Shown here piece after piece: positions 23,148 through 37,000 of a DNA stretch of 64,000 nt (position 1 is its first letter; each line of letters begins with the position of its first letter). The stretch is from contig OZ316894.1 in assembly GCA_973895155.1 (NCBI GenBank), positions 16,600,216 through 16,664,215 of the forward strand, read 5' to 3'. The DNA comes from Marsupella aquatica (taxonomy: Eukaryota > Plantae > Marchantiophyta). The translations under genes and the position numbers were made by a program. A model generated the notes under the pieces. It was given only the letters and a program-made list of their open reading frames with translations. It was not told where the DNA came from and made no database searches.

Positions 23148-24682
23148 ATGTCGTGGTGCACGATCGAGTCCGACCCTGGTGCGTATTACTATCACTTCAG
23201 CGCTCTCGCGTTCTTTCCCATTTCCCGCTTTCTCTATGATGCAGATATTTCGAGTTGGATGTTTCGAGTTCCGGGATCTACCAGAGGGCGTGGTTTTGCA
23301 GAAGTTCATTTTGTGAAGGAAACACCGTGCTTTGAAGTAGTGGAGAACGATTTAGAGCGAGGGGGCATTTTCGCATATTGTCTTTCCTTGAAATCTGATG
23401 TGTTTGTGGCGCTACAGTAGCTGTTTCTGTTTCTGATCCTGACTGTCTGTCTCTTCGTCTTTCGAAAGTCTCTTCAGTTCAGCTGTAATGTGTAGTTTCT
23501 CATCCAAGAGGTCCTCCAGTTCACAAGGGCTCCTTTCTGCTTCTCCACGAAAAGCGCGAGTAGGGAATCAAGGAAAATACAATTTAATGCTTTTACATCG
23601 TCAAATTGCTTTTCCTCCAACCACAATTTGATGCTGTATACCCGTTGCTATGTGCGAGAAGTGAAGTTTCACCCAAACTGCTGTGTACGGGTTTTACAGG
23701 AGTCTTCACAGAGCTGATTCAACAAATGCAGGTGACGGGTGTCCAGGTAGAAGAGCTGTATAGTCTGGATTTGGACTCTTTGGAACGGCTACGACCTGTG
23801 TATGGCCTCATATTTCTTTTCAAGTGGCAACATGGAGAGAAAGATTCAAGGCCGACTCTCAAGAACTATAATAGCAATTTGTTCTTTGCAAGCCAGGTGA
23901 TCAACAATGCGTGTGCAACTCAGGCCATTCTATCTATATTATTGAATCACCCGGAGATTGACATTGGGCCCGAGTTGTCAATGCTCAAAGAGTTTACCGG
24001 GGGTTTTCCCTCCGATCTGAAAGGCCTTGCGATCAATAACAGTGACACGATCCGTACTGCACATAACAGCTTCGCAAGACCGGAACCCTTTGTTTCAGAC
24101 GAGCAGAAAGTAGCAGATAAAGATGATGAGGTGTACCATTTTATTAGCTACTTGCCAATGGATGGCGTGTTGTATGAACTGGATGGCTTGAAGGACGGGC
24201 CTATCAGTCTGGGCCATTGTGGGTCTAGTAGCAGAGAATGGCTCAAGTTGGTGCAGCCTATAATACAAGACAGGATAGAAAGATACTCAAGAAGTGAGAT
24301 TAGATTCAACTTGATGGCTGTGATCAAGAATAGGAAGGACGTCTACACTGCCGAACTTACAGAACTGGACACAAAGAGAGCCGATCTTTGGGACCAATTG
24401 GAAGCAGAACAAGCGAAGGAAGACGATGGCATGGATACGATGTCTGACGACGAGCAGGGTTCTGAATTAGAAAATCTAAAACGTTTGCTTATGGAGATAG
24501 ACTCCGAAATTGCTGATGTGACTGAGAAAATAGAATATGAAGATGAGAAGTCCAAGAGGTGGAAAATTGAGAACATCCGGCGAAAGCATACTTACGTTCC
24601 GTTTTTGTTTAATTTTCTAAAAATTCTAGCAGAGAAGAAACAACTGAGACCTCTGATAGAGCAGGCAAGGCAGAAATCTTGA
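23148..24682 (+). CDS. Ubiquitin C-terminal hydrolase, UCH37/UCHL5 (plant UCH1/UCH2) type, peptidase C12, 2 exons, 337 aa
   Basis: Exon 1 23148-23178 ([11 protein letters not shown]) and exon 2 23700-24682. Catalytic [17 protein letters not shown] and YELDGLK motifs; C-terminal [23 protein letters not shown]. Confidence 0.95.
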
Positions 24683-26065
24683 ATAATTTGCACCATCTGG
24701 CCTGTGAGCAAGTGTTTTCTGGAACGTATAGAAAATGGCTAGGTGACATCAATGAAATCAAGTTATCTTGTTTGATTAAATTGCATTAGAGCCTGAACTT
24801 CCTTTGATATTCCTCGGCTCCCTATCCAGGTTGTTCACTTTTGCACTCTACGTTCCAATGCCTATTATCGCACTGTTGGCTCAGAGACCTTCATGTGTCT
24901 GCCTTTAACTGGCATGGACTCGAGCTAAGTTGATGACCTACTGTAACCCCTGATGGTCGTATCGGCTTCAAATTATTCCTAAAGCGTCTAGTGTCGGGGT
25001 TTGTGCTGTGTGAAATGAAATCGAAGCAAGTGCACCAGCTGGGTGGGTTGTGTGTCAAACAAGGGAAAAGGACTGGCTGTTTACATTTCTCGAAACTACT
25101 TGCATACCAGGTCACGGAGGGACTGGTTTCTCCAGCACGCGGCTTCACCTTGAGCCATTGCTTCCCAAGATCTTCTCGATTACACATTTTAATGTCAGTG
25201 GCATGGGCTAGGACCAAACAGCGATATGTCAATGAGAGGTTGCCAGGAAAATTGAAGAAAGGAAGTCTGCAATCCTCGTTAAAATGTATGTTCCGAGATA
25301 GTATATATGGATTGCATATGTAAGAATAGAGCTATACGGTGAAATGAAGGATCATCAGTGGTGTTACGCACGAAAAGTGAGTAATCATGAATTCTGGTTA
25401 AGGTAGTGGGGCAGTGCTGTGAACTCGAAGTTTACTCATTCTCGAACTTGTCACATTCTGCTCCAACAGACGTGCCGGTTGACTTAGAGCTAAGCACATC
25501 CCAAAGCTCTTCTGGTAGTTTCAGCCCCTGTTCGAACCCGAAGTAGCTAAACTGAGGCACGACGGTGACTCACCCTGGAGTGCCAAATAAGAGTCGCCTT
25601 ACCCAGATTTGGCCACACTATCTGGTTCATACTTGGGTACTCCTAATTGTTGGGAATGAAATAAAAGTAATCTGAAACAATAGTAAAACAATTACCGGGA
25701 TTCCACTTTCGTCTAGCTTGCATATTGCATCACAGGTCATCGAAAGTGTGCAATACACGTTATTTGGTTGACCACTGTACAGGAGAGAGGCATGGTCTTC
25801 ACTTGGAGACTGGCTGCATGATGCCTTTCCAACCTGCCCTCACCTGGCTGGACATCGCCGGTATCGCCTACGGGCCGTAGGACACTGTGGTTCGACTGCG
25901 CGAGTACTCAAGAGACGTCACAATGAGTAGCACGTCTCAATTGATGACAGCCTACTGTAAATCTGTTTATCACTGAGGCGCTGACTGAGACGTTGTTGGC
26001 AACGGTGAGTCGATCCCTTCAGTGCTATTTGCATCGATTATTGAAGCGCTCGAGAGTGGATCAAC

Positions 26066-29000
26066 ATGGAGGACATTACACACAGAATTTTGGAAGTCAA
26101 TGGAATTCGAATTCATATTGCTGAACTGGGCTCAGGTCTGGCGTGTTTCATCCTCTACACTAAGTACTGACTAGTCGGACTGCCTGATGCGTTGATCCAC
26201 TGATGAACTACTCAGCTCCGTTTCCATGTACTGAAAACTATCATGTTTTCCCTACTGTGTCTGAACGAAGACTCCCTACCTCCAGATCTGACTAATTACC
26301 TGATTGATTCATCGATGCCTTTCATCGAGAGCCTTCATATGGAAGTAGTCATGAGTTTTAGGGGCGCGCAGACGAAGCGTTTCAGATGTCTATAGGCTCA
26401 ACAATGCCATTGTTCAAAATGACAGCATTAAAACAGTTGTCGTAGCTTTGGACTTGTTTATGTTGTTCTGTGGACGGCCTCACGGTGCTTAGGTTTTCTG
26501 TAGAAACAAGGTCGATAACTCAACTCCTTGCTGTGGCCAAGATTTGTTAATTGCTTAACATCGAATTTTGTTCTATATCTTGTCAGTCCAGGATACTCAC
26601 ATAGATTAAATTCCAAAGGAGTTACGTGTGTGGGTCACTTCAACTGAGTTCTAACCACGAATTCTAGGCCACCATATAGTGACAGACTGCAGAGAAAGCT
26701 GTAGATTCAAGGATTTATCCCAGGATTACAATTTCGTGATTTGCAACTAACCTTGCTGTATGCAATAGAAGTATCAGCATAGTAGTACACCAGTAAACAA
26801 ACCCCAAGCAAGAGGACCCAACGCTCTGAAAGCATTGGGTTGCGACCTTTCCTTCCTTTCATTCTCATTAATCAAGTACACTCGTCATCAAGGGTGGAGA
26901 AATATCCTAATTGCAATGTCTAACCGCGGTTTCTGCATCAACAGGGCCCCTTGTTGTGTTTGTGCATGGATTCCCACAACTCTGGTACGCCTGGCGCCAC
27001 CAGATACTCTTCCTGGCAGAGGCAGGCTACCATGCGGTTGCACTTGACTTGCGAGGACATGGACAGAGCGATGTTCCAGCTGAGGAATCCGAATACACCT
27101 TTCTTCACCAAGCTGGTGACGTGATTGGCATCATTGACGCCTTAGGAGAGAAACAGGTATTCTTGATCATGCCACATTAGACGTATTTTCTGAGCCGACG
27201 ATGTGGAAGGTTGCAAAGCTATGGCTACCCAGTAAATTCATTAACCTAAATCCATAGTACGCTAATGTCAATTTGATGTTCGGATGGTGCATCTTTACCG
27301 CATTATGATGTTGCTGTTTTGCTGAAGCCTTCTAAAAGAGGGTCAGATTTAGACATGTGAATTGTTGAAGTCCCCAAGCTATCAAAGCATGCGAAGAAAC
27401 AGGGTATTCACTTGCATACGATCTTACAAACACAGGAGACATCATGGTTCGTTCCGATAGATATTGGACTATTTAGTCTCATCAATTTCGATTCCATAGA
27501 GACAAAGATTTGAGTCATTGACAGAAAAATGATGTTTGTCTTCTTTGGTGCAGGCGTTTCTTGTTGGCCATGATTGGGGGTCAACTGTGGCGTCGTTTGT
27601 GACTCTGTTCCGACCTGATCGTGTGCGTGGTCTTGTAAATCTGAGTGTTCCTTTCACCCCACGAGATCCCCAGGTTGACCTACTCACTGCACTTCGAGCA
27701 GGTTTTGGAGACAGTGTATACATGCAACGGTGGCAGGTCAGTCCTTCTCTGCATAATTATTATATAGTCTCCTGTGTAAAATGCGGGAGTGCTGTTGCGG
27801 TTTGCATTGATTTGGACTTTTCTCGTTTCAACAAGGTGTGATTGGTTCTATATCGACGAAATAGATTGATGTTCATCATGATGCATGATTTGACGTTTGA
27901 TCTATTTTTCTTTGTGTTTTCGTTGAGTGCTTCCAATATCCCAAAAAGACACCCATGCGTTGTCCAGAATAGCTTGTATGTTACTGTCTGAGTGCTTCCA
28001 ATCTCCCAAAAGAAACAGCCATGGATTTCTACGGTGTCCAAATTGCCTTGATCCATTTGCAACCTGGATGAATCTTAGCAACCATTTGCTCTACTACTAA
28101 TATGGTTCATTATTTTTCTCGTATATGTTTTGTATATTCATGTGCTGTTCCCTGTGTGGTTCCATCCGAGTTGTGCTGGATGACCTTAGCATTATTTTCC
28201 TGTTTAGTAGTGCATATATCAGCTCGATTGGCATCACAATATGGATAAATATGCATCAATCAGAACAATGGAAGAGGGTTCTTGAAAGTGATTGTTCAAG
28301 CTTTTTAAAATATTGCTATCCCGGGACGCAATGTTTTGTAACAATTACAGTTGGAAGAGAGTCCCTTAGGGGAAGTAGTATCAGAATGTAGGCTGGAAAT
28401 TGACTCTTAACTGGTAGGTGGAGTATAATGGACGGCAACGGATCTTAAGAAATCAGGTTTCCGAGACAGTTTTCCAGTGTCTCAACGATCTCGATTCATG
28501 CGTGAGTTATGTCTGGCATGTAGAGTTCCGAAGAAGGTGAGGCTGAAGCTGACTTTGCAAAGCAAGGCACCAAGACAGCTCTGGCAAAGCTGCTCTCCAT
28601 GCACACAACTGCAATGCTTGAGTCAAAGAATGGGAAAACAGTAATTGAGAGTCTTGAAGCTCCTGATTCCTTGCCACCGTGGCTCAAGGACGAAGACCTC
28701 CAATACTATGCTGACAGCTTTGACAAGACAGGTTTCACCGGAGGTTTCAACTTTTACAGAAACATAAGAAGGTGTTCTTTCTTCCCCTCGTCTGCGTTTG
28801 GATTGCAGATGCTGTTTATAATTAAGGACGAATGTTTTCATATAAACTGAAGCTCCCATAGATTACAAAAATGATGCTCCAATGGACGGGTGCAACCCAA
28901 GTGGACACCTTTGAAAATGCGATCTGTTGCTCTAATAGCACCTTTGCTGTGTGTAAAAACTCACCGTTTTGGATGTCAAAAATGTCCATTAGAGTCCTAA

Positions 29001-29361
29001 GGTCAAGCTTTGTTGTCCGTCCGAGCATCAACTTTTGTTTCCCCTTAGCATGGTATGGATTAAAGAGCAGGGTTCTCTGATTCTGATTCTGATTCCGATG
29101 AGATATTGTTATTCCTACAGGAATTGGGAACTTACAGCTCCATGGTCAAATCATGGAATAAACAATGCGTGCCTATTTGTCACTGGTGATCAGGACCTGA
29201 TTTATCCAATTCGTAAAAGTTACGTCAATAGTCCTGATTACAAGCAAGCAGTTCCAAACTCGAAGGGTGTTGTTATTCTTCCCGGAGTTGCTCATTTTCT
29301 TGCAGAAGAAGCAGCACAGCAAGTCAACAGCTTACTGCTGAAATTCTTTAAAGAAAACTAG
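26066..29361 (+). CDS. Soluble epoxide hydrolase (alpha/beta hydrolase), 5 exons, 317 aa
   Basis: Exons 26066-26135, 26945-27156, 27554-27736, 28524-28771, 29121-29361 (954 nt, phase-consistent). Motifs VNGIRIHIAELG, HGFP, GHDWG (nucleophile Asp), lid Tyr residues, GDQD and catalytic His in GVAHF. Confidence 0.92.
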
Positions 29362-31018
29362 TCTAGAGTGCCAAATTCCAATACATTTCATAACTGAACA
29401 GCTTGACTTAGCGAATATGGATTTCTCAGGGGGCACTGTTGGTTATTGCACATCTAGGATAAGTGCCTTGCACCGACTAGATGAGGCCTACAAGCTGTAC
29501 CATCTTTGCTTTCCTATCACGCTCCTTATCCCATACTGAAGAGATTTTAGTGTTAAAGAAGGTCCCAGGCTTTATGGACACCTGGTAGCAAGTAATTTCA
29601 AATTGGCTTGTCCACCTTGAGACTCGTACAAGATCTCGACAAGGGAGAGTATATGATCATATGGGAGGTTGATGTGACGATGGACCATAATGTTTAAGCT
29701 TCTCATTCTTATGAACTAAACACTACTTGACTCCTAAAACTGTGAGCATTTAATACAAAGGAAGGTTGTCATCTATGTAAACTTGAATGTCTCAAAGTGA
29801 TCTGTGTGAATCCTGGCAATACATTTACACATCTTGTCAAACATTGCAGTCTATGAGAGATTCTTTGCAGTAAATTGGTGATTTGAGGATGCAACTACGA
29901 GAAATAATTGTTGGGGAAACTTGCGCTGTCCTAGCCCTGTATGATGCAACGAATAAAAGGAGAAACACACCTGTTTTATTTGTACGTGCTTCAAAAGATG
30001 ATTGTCTAGTAAGTCGAGGGGCAACCCTTCTTGATTCAGATATTGAGACAGTTGTGAAACGGAGAATCAGAGTCAGAACAACCTTGAGAATCATCAATAT
30101 TGTTCAGGAAAAGCGATCTTGAAACTGAACATAAATTAAATTATCCACATAGATCAATATTTGCACCTTTATGATTAACATGGTGCTCAAAGATGCTCCT
30201 CCAATCGTTATTTGCTAAGTTAGTATTTAGCAAGCATAGTGACTAGATCCACTAGCATGAGTGACGATTGAGTTTAGAATGAGGAGTGTATGAGTGTATG
30301 CTTGCTATGTGGTTATGCATTAGTTTGGGACACATGTTTGAGTGATCACTGGACAAAGAGATGCAGAGCATACATTGTAATCAATAAATGCACAATTTTA
30401 TGTTTTTGCACTTAGCAGGTAGTGCAAACCTCCGTTAAGTGCACACTGGATGCTCTTCCTGGGAATGTGTACTCAGAGAGAGTCAACTTTACTCTTTACA
30501 GTTTCACCGTAAGGGTTACTGTTGACATGTAACGCGCGAATGCAAACCTGGGTTTTGCTTTGCGACGAAATGAAGTGCGACGAAATAAATGCTTTTCGAG
30601 GAGAGACAATCAATGTCGACTTTCTTCGAGGAAACGAATGCAACCAAAGAAATTCTGTATCTAGTCCCGCAATTCGTTTACACCATACATTTTTCATTTC
30701 GTGTCATTCGACTCCACGCATGAGAGATGTGGGAATGGGGACCTTCAGAACTCGAATCCCAAGTGATCCGTCTGGGAGACGAATTATTTGACACATATAC
30801 GGGACAAGACAGTGCCTCGGATTCCTGAAAGAATTCTTAAACTCCTCGTCCGCATCGTATCAATGACATCCTGGTCCCAGTGCAATTGAAGCACAACGAA
30901 ACTCTTATTGCAATCTGATGACTAATTTTACCCATTGATAAACCCTAGACATCAGTTCAAGCTTTTCACTGGACGTCAAAAGGAGAGACTCTCTTCAAGT
31001 GTTTGAAGGGAAAACGCT

Positions 31019-34000
31019 ATGGCTACACAGGTGATGGCGATCTGCTCAAGTATTGGCGCTATGAAGTCTGTACCTCGGGAAGCAAACTCGATGGCACCAC
31101 GTTCTCACACCATTCCGAGGGCTTGCACACTTTGCCGTGTGGCACAGGTGGGTCACCTCGTTCTGAGGAAGGCAGCTGTGCTGCAGGAGCATCCTCCGAG
31201 CCAAAGATGGAGTTCAGAGCGCTGCAGAAAGTTTTGTTGCCGGTCCGCCATCGATGTAGGTACCAAACCTGCGCTCACTCCCAATGAATCAAGGTCGAAG
31301 CCACGTGGTGGGCCATTGCAGGTGAGAAGTGTTTATTTCTAGAGAAGCAACGATTTTGCTTCCCTAGTCCCTCTGAATTTAGCTCAAGGGTTCAGGGTTT
31401 AGTTCCTCTATCCTTCCTAGCCTCTGCAAGCAATGATGTTTGACTAATGGAACATGAATTGGTAACAACAGATGCTAAGTCTAAACCACTGGGTGGTCCG
31501 AGACTATTACAAATTGGTGGAGGCAGTGAACAGCTTGGAAACTTCAATTCGTCTTTCTTCGGATGAGCAGGTGGGTGGTGTGTTGTTCAACACGTAGGCA
31601 AGGAATGACTTTTTGAATTGGAGTATTGAATTTGCAGGCGTGCGGTTCAGTTCGATTGAATGGCCACGGTCTGGGCCTCTTATTATTTGATACTTACGAG
31701 CTAGTTTTGGTTTTACTGTTCAGCTGCGCGCCAAAACAGACGAGTTCCGATTACGCGTTCAAAGTGGTGCGTCATTGGATTCTATCGAAGCAGGTATGTC
31801 AATTCGCATGCTTTCATTCAATCGTCTATGAGTCATGATTGACATACCTGATTCTTTCATTCAATCATCTATGAGTCATGATTGACATACCTGATTCTTT
31901 CATTCAATCGTCTATGAGTCGATGATTGAATGAAAGAATTGATCGCCCAGTCTAAAGATCCCCAATTTGGCGGAAGGGACAGCGAATACAAGATGGCGAA
32001 TGTGACAGAAATAAGAAAATGCAGTAGGCTAACTGAATTGGAAATAACGCACTGGCAGAATGCTGCTACGTCTGTGAGAATGTACATAAATTGATTCCAA
32101 AAGCATTCCCAATTGGTGTAAAGGACAGAAAGTGACAACAATGGCATATGTGCCAGACACCACAGGAAAGTTTTTGATGGAATCCAAATTGTCAAAACAA
32201 ACTAATGCTGAATCAGACTGGATACCGTTTGCCAAATTTCTCTACCTTCGGTAATTTTCCTATATCGCAACACATTCGGATATAGTCATGGAAATCCTCT
32301 ACAGACATTAGAAGCTGAGTGAAGAAAGTGGAAAAGGCTTCGAGTTAAACAGTGTTTGCCACAGATTCGATAGAGGTGCTTTTTGTTGACGGTGATTTGA
32401 TGTGGCTCATATTCGCACTTTCTTGCAACAGAAGCATTTGCTGTGATGCGGGAAGCAGCTAGACGCGTCCTTGGAATGCGTCACTTTGATGTGCAGGTAC
32501 CGTCTCATTAATTGTGACCAAGCCCTCAGGTTTTCTCGATGTATAGAAAGCAACTTGTCTCTGTGAGTAGAACAGCTTTTAGGTTGCTGCTATCCTTAAC
32601 TTTCTGTTGGTGTGAGGGCCAGATTATTGGTGGGGCGGTCCTCCACGATGGAGGGATCGCAGAGATGAAGACAGGGGAGGGAAAAACCTTAGTTTCCCCA
32701 CTAGCAGGTATTTGCTGCCAAGGACGGGGCGGGTTGGATCTGAAGGCTAACTGCTACATTAATGTTAGTAGCGTGCGCGTATGTTATCAGAAAGCTGTGG
32801 CTGTCATTTGAATTCGATCATTCTGACAAATTTCTCTTTCTTGCGCAGCCTATTTGAATTCTTTAACAGGCAAAGGAGTCCATGGTATGCCCTCGCCCCT
32901 ATACCGTCCCAGAATCTGTTCATCCTTTTGTGAATTGATCAGAAATATGCAAGTTGTGCAGCTACTTAATTGAGGACTTTTGTCAGAAGCAAAACAGAAA
33001 GTTGTATGCGTAGCCATAGTTTCAGATTTGATGTGACGAACATAGAAGTTTTTTCCAGCAGTTGGAATCTTAGAATCTGCACATCCTGCGTGAGGAGGTT
33101 GAAGAAGTTGCTTGTTGTGGTTTTAAAATGATTAGCATTCATGCAGTGGTCACTGTGAACGACTACTTGGCTAAGAGGGATGCTGAATGGATGGGACAAA
33201 TTCATCGATTTCTGGGTCTTTCAGTTGGTCTAGTTCAGGTAGTCGCTTTTCATTTCCCTTCAATTTCTGTGAATGTGAGAGTTACAATGATAAAACTAAT
33301 GTGAAAGCTTTGTGCTTCTTAGATTTGCAAAGGATCATAACCCCGAAGACTGTAAATGTATTAATAAAATGATACATCCTTTGCAGTCAAGTATGCGGCA
33401 GCGTGAAAGGAAGGCAGCCTATGCCTGTGATATTACATATTCCAACAATGCGGTAAGGTGATTTTATTGCTTCCGGAGAAGTTGGGCATCCCTCACGAAG
33501 GAGAGAAAATCCTGCAAGTTCGAACGCTATGCCCCTTATCTGGTTTAGGATGGAGATCAGTTGCATGCAAGGTTCAAGGCGTGTCCAGTAGTATTGTGCC
33601 TTGAGAGTCAAAATCTTCTCAGCCTTAATTTAACGGAGGAACGAATTAATATCAGGATTCATGGTCCCAATTAGGGTCTCAACATGAGACTGTGTGCATG
33701 CAGGAACTTGGGTTTGACTATTTGCGAGATCACACCTGTGAGAGACAAGAGGATCTTGTTATGCGCTGGTACTACTCCAGATCTCCTTGCGTTCAGTCCA
33801 AGTTAATTCCCCCATGATGCTATGTAATGTTTTTCGAGGCATGTGACATCTAATGCTTCTGCTTTGGATGATGGGACATTCAGGCCGGAACCGTTCAATT
33901 TCGCCATTGTTGATGAGGTAGATTCAGTACTCATTGATGAAGGAAGAAACCCTCTTCTCATCAGTAGCCAGGTACGAGAATGATATTATAATGAGGGAAA

Positions 34001-37000
34001 AGCTGCTGGTTTGTCCCAAACATAGTTTGTAACCGGAAGAGCTGCTATGGATAAAATTAGTCGCATATCTTTCGAGACTTTATCGTGCTGGGTCAGAGTG
34101 GGGTCGGTAAATTAATTGGAAAAGGATATCACGGCCTTCTTCATTGGATCGTGTCTTTGAAGAAAAGATTTTCAGCATCTCTCTCCGCTTTTGTTTAGGA
34201 ATAGCTTCTCTTGCAAACTGCTTTACATTTTCTAAGTTACGAACTCGTTTTATGTTGCTGACAGTCCACTAAGGACGCCGGACGTTACCCAGTTGCTGCC
34301 GAAGTAGCAGATATTTTGGTGACTGATTACGTATGTATTCAAAAGATTCAGAATCTTCTTTGCTGTGACTACTTTCCGACGGCAGTTCAATGTCATTTCA
34401 GAGAACCGTGTTTTTGTTGGTGTAGATAATTATGTTATTGTAAGCCAGCAGAGGAACAACCATATGACATCCTATCAAGGAATTTCTCAAGCTTCTAGTG
34501 TGTAACTCAACAGCATACTCAAAAGTTGTTTTCGTTTTACTGTGTGTACTTGTATTTGAGTGCTTGCTTTGTGCATTGAAAGCTTGCAGCATTACAAGGT
34601 TGATTGGAAGGAGAAGAATGTTGAATTGACTGAAGAAGGTGTTGCGGCAGCAGAACTTGCTCTTGACACCGAGGATCTATGGGATGAACGGGATCCATGG
34701 GCTCGGTATGTTGTAATTTTCTGTTTGGTTTTGTGATTGCTGAAAGTTTACCACGAATAATTTGTGAGGATGTTATCTTTGTTAACGTCAATCAGGAGAG
34801 AAGCCTTTAGCAGAAAGTTATTGTCACTGATGTTCAAACAATCACCAATTATTACCAAATAGACCTGAGCATCATTAAAGCTGAAGAATGGTAAATTACT
34901 ATATTAATACGTCTTGATCCGATAAATCTAACATTAAATCATTGAGGTTCGAGTGACTCTGCTTATTTGTCCTTCATCTAAACCAGGAGGTCTTGAGTTA
35001 ATGAAACTCAAATCTTCCGTCTGCAATTATCAACTTATTGGTAAACCTGTAGACACCAATAGATAGAATATCTCGATCCTACACTCAGAAGAATAATGCT
35101 ATGGAGAGGGCCTGACACCTAACAAAGGAAAGTGTTCTGAAGTCTTCTTATGTTGGGGTATAATTATCCCCTTTAGCAAATTAAATGATATCGTTCTGGC
35201 TGCTTGACGAGAGGCCCCTAGCATAGTGTCTGTGTTTTGATTGCTTCGTTTTTGAATGAGCAGGTTTGTGATAACTGCTTTGAAGGCAAAGGAGTTCCAT
35301 CAGCGGGATGTCCATTACATTGTTAAGGATGGGCATGTGCAAATTGTTGATGAGGTGGGTTTAGTTTAGGTGGAGTTGGTTGGATGGACGGATGGATGGA
35401 CTAGTCGACATGTGGGGAACAGAGCCTATGTCTTCATCTCGTGTTACATCTGGTTAAAGAATTCTCACACCAGTGAGGAGTCTAGGCAAACTCATAGGAT
35501 TGGTTGCAAAGTTTTGTCCGCCTTGTCATTACGAGCAGTAGCATCCTAATGGTATACTTATAATTCATTCTTGGTTATTGGAATCATTTGCAGTTTACTG
35601 GTCGAGTGGTTGAAAATAGAAGATGGTCTGATGGCATCCATCAAGCGGTTGAGGCGAAGGAAGGTCTTCGCATACAGGTACGCATATTTGTCAACCAGAC
35701 ACTTGGTTATTTTTGTGGCCAAACCCATGTCGGGAAACTCGTGCGGGAAGTCACTAGAGAACGAAATATTAAAGCAAGACTTGTAATTTCTTACAACTTA
35801 TTCTTCCTATCGATTAACAACTTTGGTCAATTGCGTTTTCTTCCGGCGGACTGCTCCTCTCCCCAATCGGGATTCTGTGGCCTGAAAATATTCGGTGTGG
35901 TGATCTTGGAGTTTGATATCCTCGGTTCTCTTCAGATCAATACAATATGAAAGGAGTTCATTTGCCTCTGGATATGCAGGCAGACACTGTAACGGTTGCG
36001 CAAATCACATATCAATCCTTCTTCAAGCTCTACCCCAAGCTCTCAGGCATGACTGGCACAGCTAAAACAGAGGCAAGGAGTCTTGTAGATTATCTTGTAG
36101 GCTTGAGTGGAGATAACAATAGTTGTGCTATTGGACCATTTGCTCATTTTTCCAATTACCATGCAGGAAACGGAGTTCCTAAAAATCTATAAGATGCCAG
36201 TGGTCGAAGTTCCAACAAATCTACCAAACATCCGGGAGGACCTTCCACTGCAACTCTTTCCAGTGAGTTCAGATGATTTGTTAAATACAGTGGACTTATT
36301 TGACTAACCATTTGAATTCGCCATATTTATACCTTGTATCTCTTACTACCTTAGTCGGAAGTGTTCGAAAAGACATCGGAGGTCAAAGCGGTCTTTACCT
36401 CTGGTACACCAAACTTTGGCAATGAAGCTTTCTTGTTGAATTTTGGCCAGGTTGCGAAAGGCAAGTGGGAGAAAGTCAGGGAAGAGGTTGAACTGATGTA
36501 TACACGGGGCCGACCTGTTTTGGTCGGTACTACAAGGTGTGCTTTGCCAGCACGATTACGCTGAACTCTCGATGCAGTGCCTTCTGCCTCTAGAAAATGC
36601 AATTTGGTTGTCACGGAGACCATGGCTCACATGTTTCCAAAAGTCAGGTTCAATAATTTATATGGAACCAATTGATGGTGCAGTGTGGAGCAGTCTGAGT
36701 ACCTATCAGAACTCCTCAGGGATTGGGGTATTCCTCACAATGTGCTCAATGCGCGGCCAAAGGTCGGTTTTCTGTTCCATCGTATCGGACGACTTGGAAA
36801 CCGCAAATTTTGTATTTTGCTAATTTTATGGACTGAAAACCATTCTGCTCGCTCTGACACAGCTGTTGAGACATAGAGATGCTCATATTAATTGCTCATA
36901 CCAGTACCAGTATCTCATTTTTGGTGTTGGTTTTCATTATGGTTGTGGTCTGTACCAAATTGATAAACACATTCTAGGGTTTGGAAGTTCAATAAGGGTT

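Noticed and set aside
29837-30122. Overlapping short ORFs between the epoxide hydrolase and SECA2 genes
   Set aside because: No motif or supporting exon chain.
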